Of a DNA stretch of 39,466 bases, positions 21,704 to 31,870 are shown piece by piece. Numbering within the stretch: position 1 is the stretch's first letter; each line of letters opens with the position of its first letter. A program made the translations under genes and the position numbers. The notes under the pieces are model-generated. The model searched no databases. It worked only from the letters and a program-made list of their open reading frames with translations, and was not told the DNA's origin. Location of the stretch: positions 1-39,466 of the forward strand of contig JBCBZJ010000027.1 of assembly GCA_039815375.1 (NCBI GenBank), written 5' to 3'. This DNA comes from Verrucomicrobiota bacterium. Its GTDB lineage: Bacteria; Verrucomicrobiota; Verrucomicrobiia; Opitutales; Coraliomargaritaceae.

Positions 21704-21727
21704 AAGGCACAACCGAAGTTGCGCCTT
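21704..21727 (-). terminator. Probable intrinsic terminator after leuD
   Basis: Minus strand AAGGCGCAAC-TTCG-GTTGTGCCTT (cUUCGg loop) followed by a T-rich tail TCTTGTCTTT. Confidence 0.7.
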
Positions 21728-21775
21728 ATGTAAATTTCGAAGGATTCCAGTTCCAGCATTTGGTGACTAAACCGG

Positions 21776-22378
21776 CTAAGCTTTCATATAAGGAAGCTTA
21801 TTGGCCGTTTCGCTGACTGAGTCAACACCACCAAGAAGCTCATCAAGCGGATCGTAAGTTCCCTTGAGCAAGCTATCGCGAGCACCGGGGCGCATGTCGC
21901 AGGTAATGTATTCATCATCAAACCAGATCTTATGGTCGTTCACGTCGATCGTGATCTCAAGTTGCGGATTTGCCTCGATCGCTTTGGCCAATACTTCGCG
22001 ATCTGCGTCGGTAGCCGTCACGCAGACGACACCTAGATTGGTGGAGTTGCCATAGAAGATCTCAGCGAAACTGCCCGCAATGACGGCATTGTAGCCGGCA
22101 CGCATGATCGACTGCGGCGCGTGCTCGCGGGAGCTACCGCAACCGAAATTGTTTCCGCTCACAATGATCGATGCGTCGCTGAAGCGCGAATCGTTGAGAT
22201 TATGATCCTTGTCTTGCCCATCCTCCGTCTTTCGAACGTCGTAGAAAAAGTACTCACCAAGGCCGTCGAAAGTGATGCACTTCATAAAACGAGCCGGAAT
22301 AATGCGGTCGGTATCAATGTCGTCGCCAGGGACGTAGACACCTTTACCGGTAACTTGTTTGATTGGATCTGATGCCAT
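21776..22378 (-). CDS. leuD: 3-isopropylmalate dehydratase small subunit
   Basis: DIDTDRIIPARF, NFGCGSSREHAP, SFAEIFYGN. Confidence 0.96.
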   Translation of the reverse strand: MASDPIKQVTGKGVYVPGDDIDTDRIIPARFMKCITFDGLGEYFFYDVRKTEDGQDKDHNLNDSRFSDASIIVSGNNFGCGSSREHAPQSIMRAGYNAVIAGSFAEIFYGNSTNLGVVCVTATDADREVLAKAIEANPQLEITIDVNDHKIWFDDEYITCDMRPGARDSLLKGTYDPLDELLGGVDSVSETANKLPYMKA

Positions 22379-22407
22379 TTTGAAAAGAAAACTCTGGAAT
22401 TAAAAGG

Positions 22408-23835
22408 CTAGGCACTTATAGGTTCGGCCACGCCAAAGACTTCGCGTGCGTCCGAGACCTCACCAGTGACTGCAGCCGCAGCCACCATAAGTGGGCTCAT
22501 GAGCATTGTGCGACCGGTCGGTGAGCCCTGCCGTCCCTTGAAGTTGCGGTTGGAGGAACTGGCACAGAGCTGGTCACCCATCAGCTTATCCGGGTTCATC
22601 GCGAGACACATCGAGCAACCTGCTCCGCGCCACTCGAAACCGGCGTCACTGAAAATCTTATCCAAACCAAGTTCCTTAGCAATGGATGCAACAACCTGGG
22701 AGCCGGGCACGACAATCGCTTGAACGCCCTCGGCGACCGTGCGCCCTTCGAGGTATTTCGCAACTTCCTGAAAGTCAGAAAGCCGTCCGTTGGTGCAGGA
22801 ACCAAGAAAGGCAACGTCGATTTTCTTACCTTTTACCGGGCTGCCACCATCGAATTTCATATATTCAAGCGCTTCGTGGATCGAATCGCGTTCTGACTGA
22901 GTCGATCCGTCCGCTTCATTAGGAATATTTTCATTAATCCCAACACCCTGGCCCGGGGTAATGCCCCAGGTCACAGTCGGCTCAATGTCGGCCGCGTCGA
23001 TATTGACGATGTCGTCATAATCACAGCCGGCATCAGAGGCGAATGAGCTCCAGTATTGAACTGCCTCGTCCCAAGCTGCTCCCTGCGGAGAATAAGGACG
23101 CCCCTTGAGATATTCGAAAGTAGTTTCGTCAGGGTTAACATAGCCGACACGGGCTCCGCCCTCAATCGACATATTGCAGACAGTCATCCGTTCCTCCATC
23201 GTAAAGTTATCGAAGGTCGAGCCTCCATACTCATAGGCATATCCGGTGCCACCCTGGGTCCCCAGTAAGCGAATGATGTGTAGAACGACATCTTTGGCGT
23301 AGACGCCCGGGCCAAGCTCACCATCCACATTGATCCGACGGACTTTGAGCATATTCAAAGCAATTGTTTGGGTTGCCAGGACATCGCGCACCTGACTCGT
23401 CCCGATCCCAAAGGCTATCGCTCCGAAAGCACCATGCGTCGCCGTATGTGAATCGCCGCAGGCAATCGTGGTCCCTGGTTGAGTTATTCCCTGCTCAGGT
23501 CCAACAATGTGCACGACGCCTTGCTTGCCGGTATTCGTATCGAAAAAACGGATGTGGTTCTCCGCACAATTCTTCCGCAGCTCCTCAATCATGCCCTGTG
23601 CGAGCGGATCACTATATGGCTCAAGCGCCTCGTTAGTCGGCACGATGTGGTCAACGGTAGCGAAGGTGCGCTGCGGATATTTTACAGGAAGGCCCCTGTC
23701 CCGAAGCATACCGAAGGCTTGAGGACTGGTCACCTCATGAATAAGATGAGTCCCGATCAAAAGCTGCGTCTGTCCGTTTCCAAGCTCACGCACAGCGTGC
23801 GCATTCCATACTTTTTCAAATAAGCTTTGTCCCAT
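22408..23835 (-). CDS. leuC: 3-isopropylmalate dehydratase large subunit
   Basis: [41 protein letters not shown]. Confidence 0.97.
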   Translation of the reverse strand: MGQSLFEKVWNAHAVRELGNGQTQLLIGTHLIHEVTSPQAFGMLRDRGLPVKYPQRTFATVDHIVPTNEALEPYSDPLAQGMIEELRKNCAENHIRFFDTNTGKQGVVHIVGPEQGITQPGTTIACGDSHTATHGAFGAIAFGIGTSQVRDVLATQTIALNMLKVRRINVDGELGPGVYAKDVVLHIIRLLGTQGGTGYAYEYGGSTFDNFTMEERMTVCNMSIEGGARVGYVNPDETTFEYLKGRPYSPQGAAWDEAVQYWSSFASDAGCDYDDIVNIDAADIEPTVTWGITPGQGVGINENIPNEADGSTQSERDSIHEALEYMKFDGGSPVKGKKIDVAFLGSCTNGRLSDFQEVAKYLEGRTVAEGVQAIVVPGSQVVASIAKELGLDKIFSDAGFEWRGAGCSMCLAMNPDKLMGDQLCASSSNRNFKGRQGSPTGRTMLMSPLMVAAAAVTGEVSDAREVFGVAEPISA

Positions 23836-24008
23836 ATTTCGTTCCCCCGAGAGGTTGTTTCATTCTCAAAAGCGTCTCAATAAGGATTGAATCCTGACAT
23901 CTGGCAAGTGCGAATGGGAGATTTGATAGTAACCGGTAATCGTCATCCCTCGAAAATTCGTCTTGTTCACCGCAGACAGACCCAGTGCATCAACCTCTGA
24001 CTAATAGA

Positions 24009-24036
24009 AAAACCCGCAGCCAAAGCTGCGGGTTTT
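24009..24036 (-). terminator. Intrinsic terminator after the HU gene
   Basis: Perfect stem AAAACCCGCAGC-CAAA-GCTGCGGGTTTT about 30 nt past the stop. Confidence 0.85.
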
Positions 24037-24067
24037 GAAACTGAGTGTATGGTTTTTAGGATAGCGC

Positions 24068-24343
24068 TTAGAGAGCAGCTTTAAGGCCCGCTCCAGCCTT
24101 GAACTTAACAGCCTTGGAAGCTTTGATCTGAATCTTCTCACCAGTCTGTGGGTTGATGCCTTGACGGGCAGCGCGGTTTGATACGGAAAATGTGCCGAAA
24201 CCAATGAGTTGAACGCTCTTGTCCTTCTTGATGCCTTTCTTAACACCCTCAAGAACAGCCTCAACGGCACGTTCTGCGGCGGCTTTGGAAGTATCCGCAC
24301 CAAGAGACTTTTGGACTTCTGCAACGAGTTCTGCTTTATTCAT
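24068..24343 (-). CDS. hup: DNA-binding protein HU
   Basis: MNKAELV...GFGTF...RAARQGINPQTGEKIQI...VKFKAG. Confidence 0.96.
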   Translation of the reverse strand: MNKAELVAEVQKSLGADTSKAAAERAVEAVLEGVKKGIKKDKSVQLIGFGTFSVSNRAARQGINPQTGEKIQIKASKAVKFKAGAGLKAAL

Positions 24344-24497
24344 ATATGTAATGTTACTGTGTTGAGGTTAGTTGGCCTTATGACCGCAGGAAATCACACG
24401 CCTGAGAAACCCTATCGTCAACCTAAAATCCGTCTCAGGCCTTTGTTTTTCAGCATTGAGAGCGACCACCGTCTCTAATCCCTCTATTTAAGAGGGT

Positions 24498-24698
24498 TTA
24501 TGGACCATGTCGCGCCTCAACTACCTGTTTTAATAGGGTTCCCAGCGCGTCTACTTCTGAAATTCCTCGCTCCTGTGCTATCTGCTGGGCTCGCCTCAAC
24601 AGCTGACGTGCCATCACTTCCGCCTGCATTTTTTCCGCACCCAATTTAACAAAAAGAGAGGTCACCTGCTTGAAATGCTGGTTAGCCAGATCCGTCAT
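24498..24698 (-). CDS. Small helical hypothetical protein
   Basis: 66-aa ORF starting 10 nt after the ygfZ stop on the same strand. Confidence 0.6.
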   Translation of the reverse strand: MTDLANQHFKQVTSLFVKLGAEKMQAEVMARQLLRRAQQIAQERGISEVDALGTLLKQVVEARHGP

Positions 24699-24708
24699 CG
24701 TCAGTGAA

Positions 24709-25551
24709 TTATCGCAATGCCCTCAACACCCTAACCGGATGCCCCGAAAGAAACAGCACCGCACCCGGTTCGACATAACGAATCTTAAGTAAAGCCACGC
24801 CAATCCAGTCTCCATCGATTTGGTAGGCAGAGCGCAGCTCACCAACTTTTTTTTCATCCTCATTGAAGAGGACCGAAGGAACTGCGGGCGGCTGAATGCT
24901 CCCATGCATGACGAATAGAGCGCGCTGAGAGCGACCGACATTATGCATCCGCGCAACGACTTCCTGTCCAAGAAAACAGCCTTTCGTGAAGGAAAGCCCA
25001 TCTTGCTCCATGCCTCCTTCTCCAGGCAGATCAGCCGGCCCAATCTCCATCGGCACAAGGGGCTTTCCAGCTTTAATACGCTGCTCATGTACCCATTTTT
25101 CGGATACTTTTTCCAGATTCCTGGTGGAAAGAAAATTGTCACGTTCCGCTTCGGAAGCAAATACCACTTCGCAGGATGCTTGCAATGATCGGCGGCCTCG
25201 GAATGAAATGCCTGCCTCACTCTCATCTGTCCCGATCAGGGCAACCGCCGGCGCCGCTGGAAGCACTTCCAGCTCAACATCGTCAGCAATGATGTGCTGA
25301 TCGAGCTTGTCAGCGATCAGCTGACCTGAGCTGTATTCGCTCAAGATACGAAATTGATCTTCACCTTCGCAGCGTATCCAACTATCAGCCACAACTTTGC
25401 CTTTCACGTCGAGCCAAAGCCCATAGGTCACCTGGCTTGAGGAAAATGGACGCAGATCATTGCTGAACTGACTCTGGAGAAAATCAGCCGCATCCTCACC
25501 GGTAACAACGATGTGCCCGGACATCTTATATGGGTATGCATGCAAAGCCAT
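24709..25551 (-). CDS. ygfZ: YgfZ/GcvT-family folate-binding protein
   Basis: GEDAADFLQSQFSND and the signature SFTKGCFLGQEVVAR. Confidence 0.9.
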   Translation of the reverse strand: MALHAYPYKMSGHIVVTGEDAADFLQSQFSNDLRPFSSSQVTYGLWLDVKGKVVADSWIRCEGEDQFRILSEYSSGQLIADKLDQHIIADDVELEVLPAAPAVALIGTDESEAGISFRGRRSLQASCEVVFASEAERDNFLSTRNLEKVSEKWVHEQRIKAGKPLVPMEIGPADLPGEGGMEQDGLSFTKGCFLGQEVVARMHNVGRSQRALFVMHGSIQPPAVPSVLFNEDEKKVGELRSAYQIDGDWIGVALLKIRYVEPGAVLFLSGHPVRVLRALR

Positions 25552-25656
25552 TTGATAAAGCTATGCGGAGCTTACACTAAGTTTCAACCGGCAATCACCC
25601 TCGGCTGGAATTCGGACTTGTTACGCCGGAAAGCCTACGCTACACCTGCCCGCCTT

Positions 25657-26709
25657 GTGAAAAAAGTCACGGACATCAATATCAGCTCGAAGACGCTGCT
25701 CCCGTCGCCTCTGGAGCTCTGCAGCGAAATTGAGAAAACGGAATCTGCCGAGAAATTTGTGGCTGAAAGCCGCGAGGCGATCCACCGCATCATCTTTGGC
25801 GATGACCGCCGCCTCCTCGTTGTGCTAGGGCCCTGCTCCATACACGACCTCAAGGCTGGCCGCGAATATGCCGAAAAACTGGCTGCACTCTCCAAGCAGG
25901 TCGACGATCGCATGCTGCTTGTCATGAGAGTCTACTTTGAGAAACCGCGCACGACAGTCGGCTGGAAAGGCCTGATTATGGATCCGAAACTGGACGGCAC
26001 CAGCGATATCCCAGAAGGCCTACGAATTGCCCGCCGCTTCCTGCGTGAAGTCATCGAGCTGGGCGTCCCGACAGCAACCGAACTGCTCGACCCGATCACG
26101 CCACAGTACATTGCCGACCTCGTTTGCTGGTCCGCAATCGGCGCGCGCACGACCGAGAGCCAGACTCACCGCCAAATGGCTTCCGGTCTTTCTATGCCAC
26201 TCGGTTTCAAAAACGGCACCGATGGGGGCCTGGATGTTGCAATCAATGCCATCAAGGCTGCGAGCCAACCGCAGACTTTTCTGGGCGTAGATAACGAAGG
26301 CCGCGCCAATGCCCTCACAACGAACGGTAACCCGAGTTGTCATATTGTTCTGCGCGGGGGTTCAAAAGGGCCGAACTACGGGGCAAAAAATGTTGCTGAA
26401 GCACATGAGAAACTCACGAGTGCAGGCCTGATTCCTGCAATCATGACCGACTGCAGCCATGCCAACAGCTCCAAAGACCCCTCCAAACAACCGGAAGTCT
26501 TCGCCGAGATTGTCCACCAGAGCTTAAGCAACAAAAGTGTCATCGGCGCGATGGTCGAAAGCAACCTCAACCATGGAAACCAGTCTTTTCCTCAACCGGT
26601 CGGAAGTCTCCAATATGGCGTATCAATCACAGATGGCTGTATCGATTGGGCCAAAACAGAGGAGATGATTCATAAAGCGCACAACGACCTTGGCCCTCTT
26701 TTCACCTAG
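25657..26709 (+). CDS. 3-deoxy-7-phosphoheptulonate (DAHP) synthase, class I alpha (AroF/G/H family)
   Basis: GPCSIHD, RVYFEKPRTTVGWKG, IGARTTESQTHR, GFKNGT, DCSHANS, SITDGC. GTG 25657 taken as start; paralog identity cannot be assigned. Confidence 0.95.
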   Translation: MKKVTDINISSKTLLPSPLELCSEIEKTESAEKFVAESREAIHRIIFGDDRRLLVVLGPCSIHDLKAGREYAEKLAALSKQVDDRMLLVMRVYFEKPRTTVGWKGLIMDPKLDGTSDIPEGLRIARRFLREVIELGVPTATELLDPITPQYIADLVCWSAIGARTTESQTHRQMASGLSMPLGFKNGTDGGLDVAINAIKAASQPQTFLGVDNEGRANALTTNGNPSCHIVLRGGSKGPNYGAKNVAEAHEKLTSAGLIPAIMTDCSHANSSKDPSKQPEVFAEIVHQSLSNKSVIGAMVESNLNHGNQSFPQPVGSLQYGVSITDGCIDWAKTEEMIHKAHNDLGPLFT

Positions 26710-26742
26710 AATTCTGAAAAACAACCCGATCTATTGAGGTAA

Positions 26743-28290
26743 TTAAACCACTTGCTTGGGACGAGGTTTGGGTGACCTTTGGCTTTCTGATGCATTTTCA
26801 AAATCATCGTCCAATGAAAGACCAAGCACCCGATCACTCCTGCGCCTGAGCTCCCGGTAAAGCAGCTCATCGCAATCCAGCGCTTTTCCATAGGACGGGA
26901 TGATTTCACTTAGTCGCTCAGCCCATCCTTCCGAAACGAGCTTTGTTGCAAAGCAGCGTTCAATAATTTCGAGCATTATACTTACTGCCGTCGAAGCACC
27001 CGGCGAAGCCCCGAGAAGTCCTGCGATCGAACCATCTCCTGAGGTTACTACTTCGGTGCCAAACTGAAGAACGCCTCCCTTCTTCGGGTGTTTTTTGATA
27101 ATCTGCACACGCTGACCGGCTGTGGCCAACTTCCAGTCCGAGGACTTCGCATCAGGGAAAAATTCGCGAACAGCTTCTAGTCGATTCTCGCTCGACTGAA
27201 GCACCTGCTTGATCAGGTAAATTGTGAGATCAACATTATCCTTACCCACCGCAAGCATGGGAATCAAATTGTCAGGCTTGATCGACTTAGCGAGGTCAAG
27301 GTAAGAGCCTGACTTCAAAAACTTGGGAGAGAAGCCTGCGAATGGCCCAAAGAGCAGGCAACGCTTACCGTCAATGTAACGCGTATCGAGGTGGGGCACC
27401 GACATGGGCGGCGCTCCGACAGCAGCCTTACCGTAGACTTTTGCGTCATGCTGAGCGACGATCTCCTGATTTGAGCAGATGAGCCACTGTCCACTAACCG
27501 GGAACCCACCAAAGCCCTTTGCCTCTTCGATCCCTGACTTTTGCAGCAAGGGCAAAGCTCCGCCCCCCGCACCTAGGAAAACAAACTTTGCCGAACACTC
27601 GGCAGTCGTTCCATCTTCCCGGTCCCTTGCACGCAGATGCCAGCGCTCGCCAATCCGGTTGACGGCGGTCACCTCATGTTTGAAGGAAACACTGACCCCA
27701 CGCTGACCCTCCAGGTAGTTAATCAGTTCGCGCGATAGGTTACCGAAGTTTACGTCAGTTCCACCATGGACCCGGGTTAGCGCAAACTCTTCCGAGCTAT
27801 CGCGTCCCTCTGCTAAAAGCGGCGCCCACTCGCGGGCTTTGTCCCAATCCTGAGTGATCTCCATGTCGGAGAAAAAATGATGCCCACGCATATTTTCGTG
27901 GCGGCGTTTTAGATAACTCGTGTTCTTACCGAGAACGAAGCTGAGATGGGGAACTGCCCTGATAAAGCCCTCAGGATCACTTAGGACTTTCGATTCTACG
28001 AGGTGCGCCCAAAACTGCTTTGAAACTTCAAAACCTTCAAAAATACCCATCGCCTTGGAAACATCGACTTCACCATCGGCGGACTCCGGGGTGTAGTTGA
28101 GCTCACATAGACCCGCGTGGCCCGTTCCTGCATTATTCATCGCGTTCGAACTTTCGAGGCCCGCACGGTCCAGCGATTCATAGAGGACAATCCGAAGACT
28201 CGGATCGACCTGCCGCAACATTGTAGCAAGCGTAGCGCTCATGATGCCGGCGCCAACAATTGCAATATCTGTATCAATAGCTTCGTTCAT
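26743..28290 (-). CDS. mqo: Malate:quinone oxidoreductase
   Basis: [61 protein letters not shown]. Confidence 0.96.
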   Translation of the reverse strand: MNEAIDTDIAIVGAGIMSATLATMLRQVDPSLRIVLYESLDRAGLESSNAMNNAGTGHAGLCELNYTPESADGEVDVSKAMGIFEGFEVSKQFWAHLVESKVLSDPEGFIRAVPHLSFVLGKNTSYLKRRHENMRGHHFFSDMEITQDWDKAREWAPLLAEGRDSSEEFALTRVHGGTDVNFGNLSRELINYLEGQRGVSVSFKHEVTAVNRIGERWHLRARDREDGTTAECSAKFVFLGAGGGALPLLQKSGIEEAKGFGGFPVSGQWLICSNQEIVAQHDAKVYGKAAVGAPPMSVPHLDTRYIDGKRCLLFGPFAGFSPKFLKSGSYLDLAKSIKPDNLIPMLAVGKDNVDLTIYLIKQVLQSSENRLEAVREFFPDAKSSDWKLATAGQRVQIIKKHPKKGGVLQFGTEVVTSGDGSIAGLLGASPGASTAVSIMLEIIERCFATKLVSEGWAERLSEIIPSYGKALDCDELLYRELRRRSDRVLGLSLDDDFENASESQRSPKPRPKQVV

Positions 28291-28551
28291 TGGTAGAGAG
28301 GTTCGGTTAAAAAATTTAAGCAAAGCAACGACCACTTGTATTCTTTTCAAGGCCTGCTTATCGAAGCAGTGCTCAATATAAGAAATTAAATTTATCTGAT
28401 TAGGCTTCCTTATCTTAGCCGCAAAGTTAGGTTCATGCTCGTTTCTGAAGCCTGACTACGACAGATAACTTATCGCCAGCTTACTAACCAGATACAACCT
28501 CCTCCGGCTAAAGGACCGGTGACGAAAATTGATCCAGTAAGAATACGCTAA

Positions 28552-29535
28552 ATGAGCAAGCAACCCATCCGCATCGCAGTAACTGGTGCAGCCGGTAACA
28601 TCGGCTACGCCCTTGTCTTTCGCATCGCTTCCGGAGCGATGTTTGGCCCCGACCAACCGGTCGCACTCAACCTGATTGAAATCCCGCCTGCACTCGATGC
28701 CTTGAAAGGCGTTTGCATGGAACTTGACGACTGCGCCTTCCCATTGCTGAAAGACGTCGTTTCGACAACTGACCCCGACGAAGGCTTCAATGACGTCAAC
28801 TGGGCTCTTCTCGTTGGTTCTGTACCCCGGAAGGAAGGCATGGAGCGTGCCGACCTCCTTGGCATCAATGGTAAAGTCTTCATTGGCCAGGGAAAAGCCA
28901 TTGCGGCCCATGCAGCCCCGGACGTCCGCGTCCTTGTTGTCGGCAACCCCTGCAATACGAACTGCCTCATCGCGATGAACAACGCCAAGGGCATCCCCAA
29001 CGACCGATTCTTTGCCATGACGATGCTCGATGAAAACCGGGCCAAGACACAACTCGCGCAAAAGGCGGGCGTCGACGTAACAGAGGTAACGAATATGACC
29101 ATCTGGGGCAACCACTCCGCGACTCAGTATCCGGACTTTTACTCTGCTCAAATCAGTGGCAGGCCAGCCGACGAAGTCATCGGTGACGAAGCGTGGTGTA
29201 AGGACACCTTCATCCCCGATGTGCAAAAACGCGGAGCCGCCATTATCAAAGCGCGCGGTGCATCCTCAGCTGCATCTGCTGCAAATGGGATTGTCGATTC
29301 CGTGCGTAAGCTTACCACACCGACTCCCGAAGGCGATACATTTAGCATGTGTCTCTCTTCAGACGGTAGCTATGGCACACCGGAAGGCCTTATCATTTCC
29401 TTCCCTTGCCGCACGGATGGCAGCACGATCGAGATCGTTCAGGATGTGCCTCTAAATGAATTCAGTCGCCAAAAATTCGACGCATCTGTTCAGGAACTTG
29501 CCGAAGAGCGAGAAACTGTGAAAAGTTTAATCTAA
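28552..29535 (+). CDS. mdh: NAD-dependent malate dehydrogenase
   Basis: [46 protein letters not shown]. Confidence 0.96.
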   Translation: MSKQPIRIAVTGAAGNIGYALVFRIASGAMFGPDQPVALNLIEIPPALDALKGVCMELDDCAFPLLKDVVSTTDPDEGFNDVNWALLVGSVPRKEGMERADLLGINGKVFIGQGKAIAAHAAPDVRVLVVGNPCNTNCLIAMNNAKGIPNDRFFAMTMLDENRAKTQLAQKAGVDVTEVTNMTIWGNHSATQYPDFYSAQISGRPADEVIGDEAWCKDTFIPDVQKRGAAIIKARGASSAASAANGIVDSVRKLTTPTPEGDTFSMCLSSDGSYGTPEGLIISFPCRTDGSTIEIVQDVPLNEFSRQKFDASVQELAEERETVKSLI

Positions 29536-29692
29536 GACCAATCCTTCTATTTCTTCAAAGCTTAGCATATACTCGCTTTTCCTTTCAATAAGCTGCGGTA
29601 ATTGCCAGTAATAGCTTTACAAAAGCGATAGATTATCAGACTCAGTAATGATCAGAGTAATCGTCTAATCGTGCTCAGGATATACCTGATAC

Positions 29693-30652
29693 ATGCTGCC
29701 ATATCTAAATATTCTTATTCGCGTAGAAGACGATGGATCTCTTCATGCGCTTGGCGCATTCACTTCCAAGGAAAAACAGGCTGCCTACCAAAAGGCCACA
29801 GGTCTCGCTGACAACCAAGTCCGACTCGATTTTTACAATGGTCCTTTCGATCAGGATATTAAGGTCGTCTATGCTGGCCACCGGCGCTGGAACATGGATC
29901 GCTTCCAACTTGGCGGTTACTTCAAAAACGAAGGTGAGGCCTGGAACTGGGTCACACGGGAGGGCTATGTCAGCGTCTTACAAATCGATACTACCTTTGA
30001 AGCGGAACAAAGACTCGAGAAGGAAGCTCTCGAACTCTATGCAAAGCTTCAGAAACGCTGGCGACTCACTACCTATCAAGACCTGATTGATCGCGAGGGT
30101 GCTGACAAGGCGCGGGCAAATATTACGCTTCGTTTCTACGAGGACGCTCTAGAATCTTTCAAGCCAAAGACTCGCCGAGATGTTCGAGCGCTCTATGCCT
30201 TTATCGTCCTGGTCATGCTGCTACCTGTCGCCATCTACTTCTACGCGAGTAGTGGTCCGGAATATGGAGAAAATGTTCCGACTGTCGGCTGGTTGCCCAG
30301 CTACGCAACAGACATCTCGTTTTATCGCTCTAACCAAGTCAAAGTCTATGAATTTCGCATTAAGGAGGAAGACTTCAAGATTTGGGCAGCCTCCAGAGGC
30401 ATGCAGGTTCGAAACCTGGAAAACAAAGAGATAATCAGTCGATACAAGGCTTACATTCCAACACCTGAAGGCGAATCCAGTGAACCTGTCACACCGGATG
30501 GAGAAGTATCTCTCCAGCAATTTCAGGAATGGCAAGGCGCGATCAGTGCAACGATTGAAATAGGCATCATCGCGAGGGATGAGAGCGATGCACTCGCAGT
30601 CTACGATGTTAAGACGCAGAAGGCCTATTTTGAACACCTGATAGACTTCTAA
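29693..30652 (+). CDS. Bitopic membrane hypothetical protein
   Basis: 319-aa ORF with one central hydrophobic helix (ALYAFIVLVMLLPVAIYFYA). Confidence 0.75.
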   Translation: MLPYLNILIRVEDDGSLHALGAFTSKEKQAAYQKATGLADNQVRLDFYNGPFDQDIKVVYAGHRRWNMDRFQLGGYFKNEGEAWNWVTREGYVSVLQIDTTFEAEQRLEKEALELYAKLQKRWRLTTYQDLIDREGADKARANITLRFYEDALESFKPKTRRDVRALYAFIVLVMLLPVAIYFYASSGPEYGENVPTVGWLPSYATDISFYRSNQVKVYEFRIKEEDFKIWAASRGMQVRNLENKEIISRYKAYIPTPEGESSEPVTPDGEVSLQQFQEWQGAISATIEIGIIARDESDALAVYDVKTQKAYFEHLIDF

Positions 30653-30794
30653 GTATACTTACATTCTCAAATCACGCCGAGGAATTCCAAAAGCACCCGC
30701 CTTGTCACCACTGAATTCCATTGACCTAGGTTAGGTTTGACCATCAATTTGCCAGAATAATACTAATCTTTAAACAGAAGACATTTCTGGTTCA

Positions 30795-31268
30795 ATGAGG
30801 CAACGGTGCAAAGTTGGATTCTCAATCGCTGAGCTGTTGGTCGTCGTGACGACGATTGGTATTCTTGCATTATTGGGTATGCCCGGTATCCGTATCGCGC
30901 GTGAACGCACTCAGGCAACCACCACGGCAAACGACCTCCGCGTCTACACAGAAGCCTTGGAATTCTACGCTACTGTTACCGGTAAATACCCGGACGAAAT
31001 GACCTACACCAGCATGCCGGAGGATGTAAACATCTTCCTGCCGAATGTTTGGAAAAACGGTGCTTACAGCTGGTTCTACGTAAATTCGAATTACTACACC
31101 TACGTCTATATCTTTAACCTCAACTTCACTGCCGAACAAGCCGTTCGACTCGATAGCATTCTCGACGACGGCAACATCGCGACCGGCGATATCAGAGTCG
31201 CGCTTAACGGAGGCGGACTTATTTTCCTCTTCAGCTACACACCACTGGGACCGGCAGTTCCAACATAA
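30795..31268 (+). CDS. Prepilin-type N-terminal cleavage/methylation domain protein
   Basis: Basic leader, then G|FSIAELLVVVTTIGILA (G-1, F+1, E+5). Confidence 0.85.
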   Translation: MRQRCKVGFSIAELLVVVTTIGILALLGMPGIRIARERTQATTTANDLRVYTEALEFYATVTGKYPDEMTYTSMPEDVNIFLPNVWKNGAYSWFYVNSNYYTYVYIFNLNFTAEQAVRLDSILDDGNIATGDIRVALNGGGLIFLFSYTPLGPAVPT

Positions 31269-31409
31269 CAAGCTCAGGTGAATAGGCGATGACGCTTGCC
31301 TTTTTTGTTCTAAAGAGAATGTTCAGTCGTCTGTTCATTGAAAGAACCGCCGTCTCGGCGATAGGTTCTTATCCAGAGAAAGATAGTTTCTTACGCTTCT
31401 CAATTTTGA

Positions 31410-31870
<461 letters not shown>

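Noticed and set aside
24400..24440. 8-bp inverted repeat GCCTGAGA...TCTCAGGC around a TTGACG box upstream of HU
   Set aside because: Short arms with a 25-bp gap could arise by chance; no regulator can be assigned.
28291..28551. Possible riboswitch or leader RNA upstream of mdh (CCGG-CTAAAGGA-CCGG)
   Set aside because: Only a short hairpin that matches no riboswitch consensus I recognise; an Rfam cmscan would be needed.
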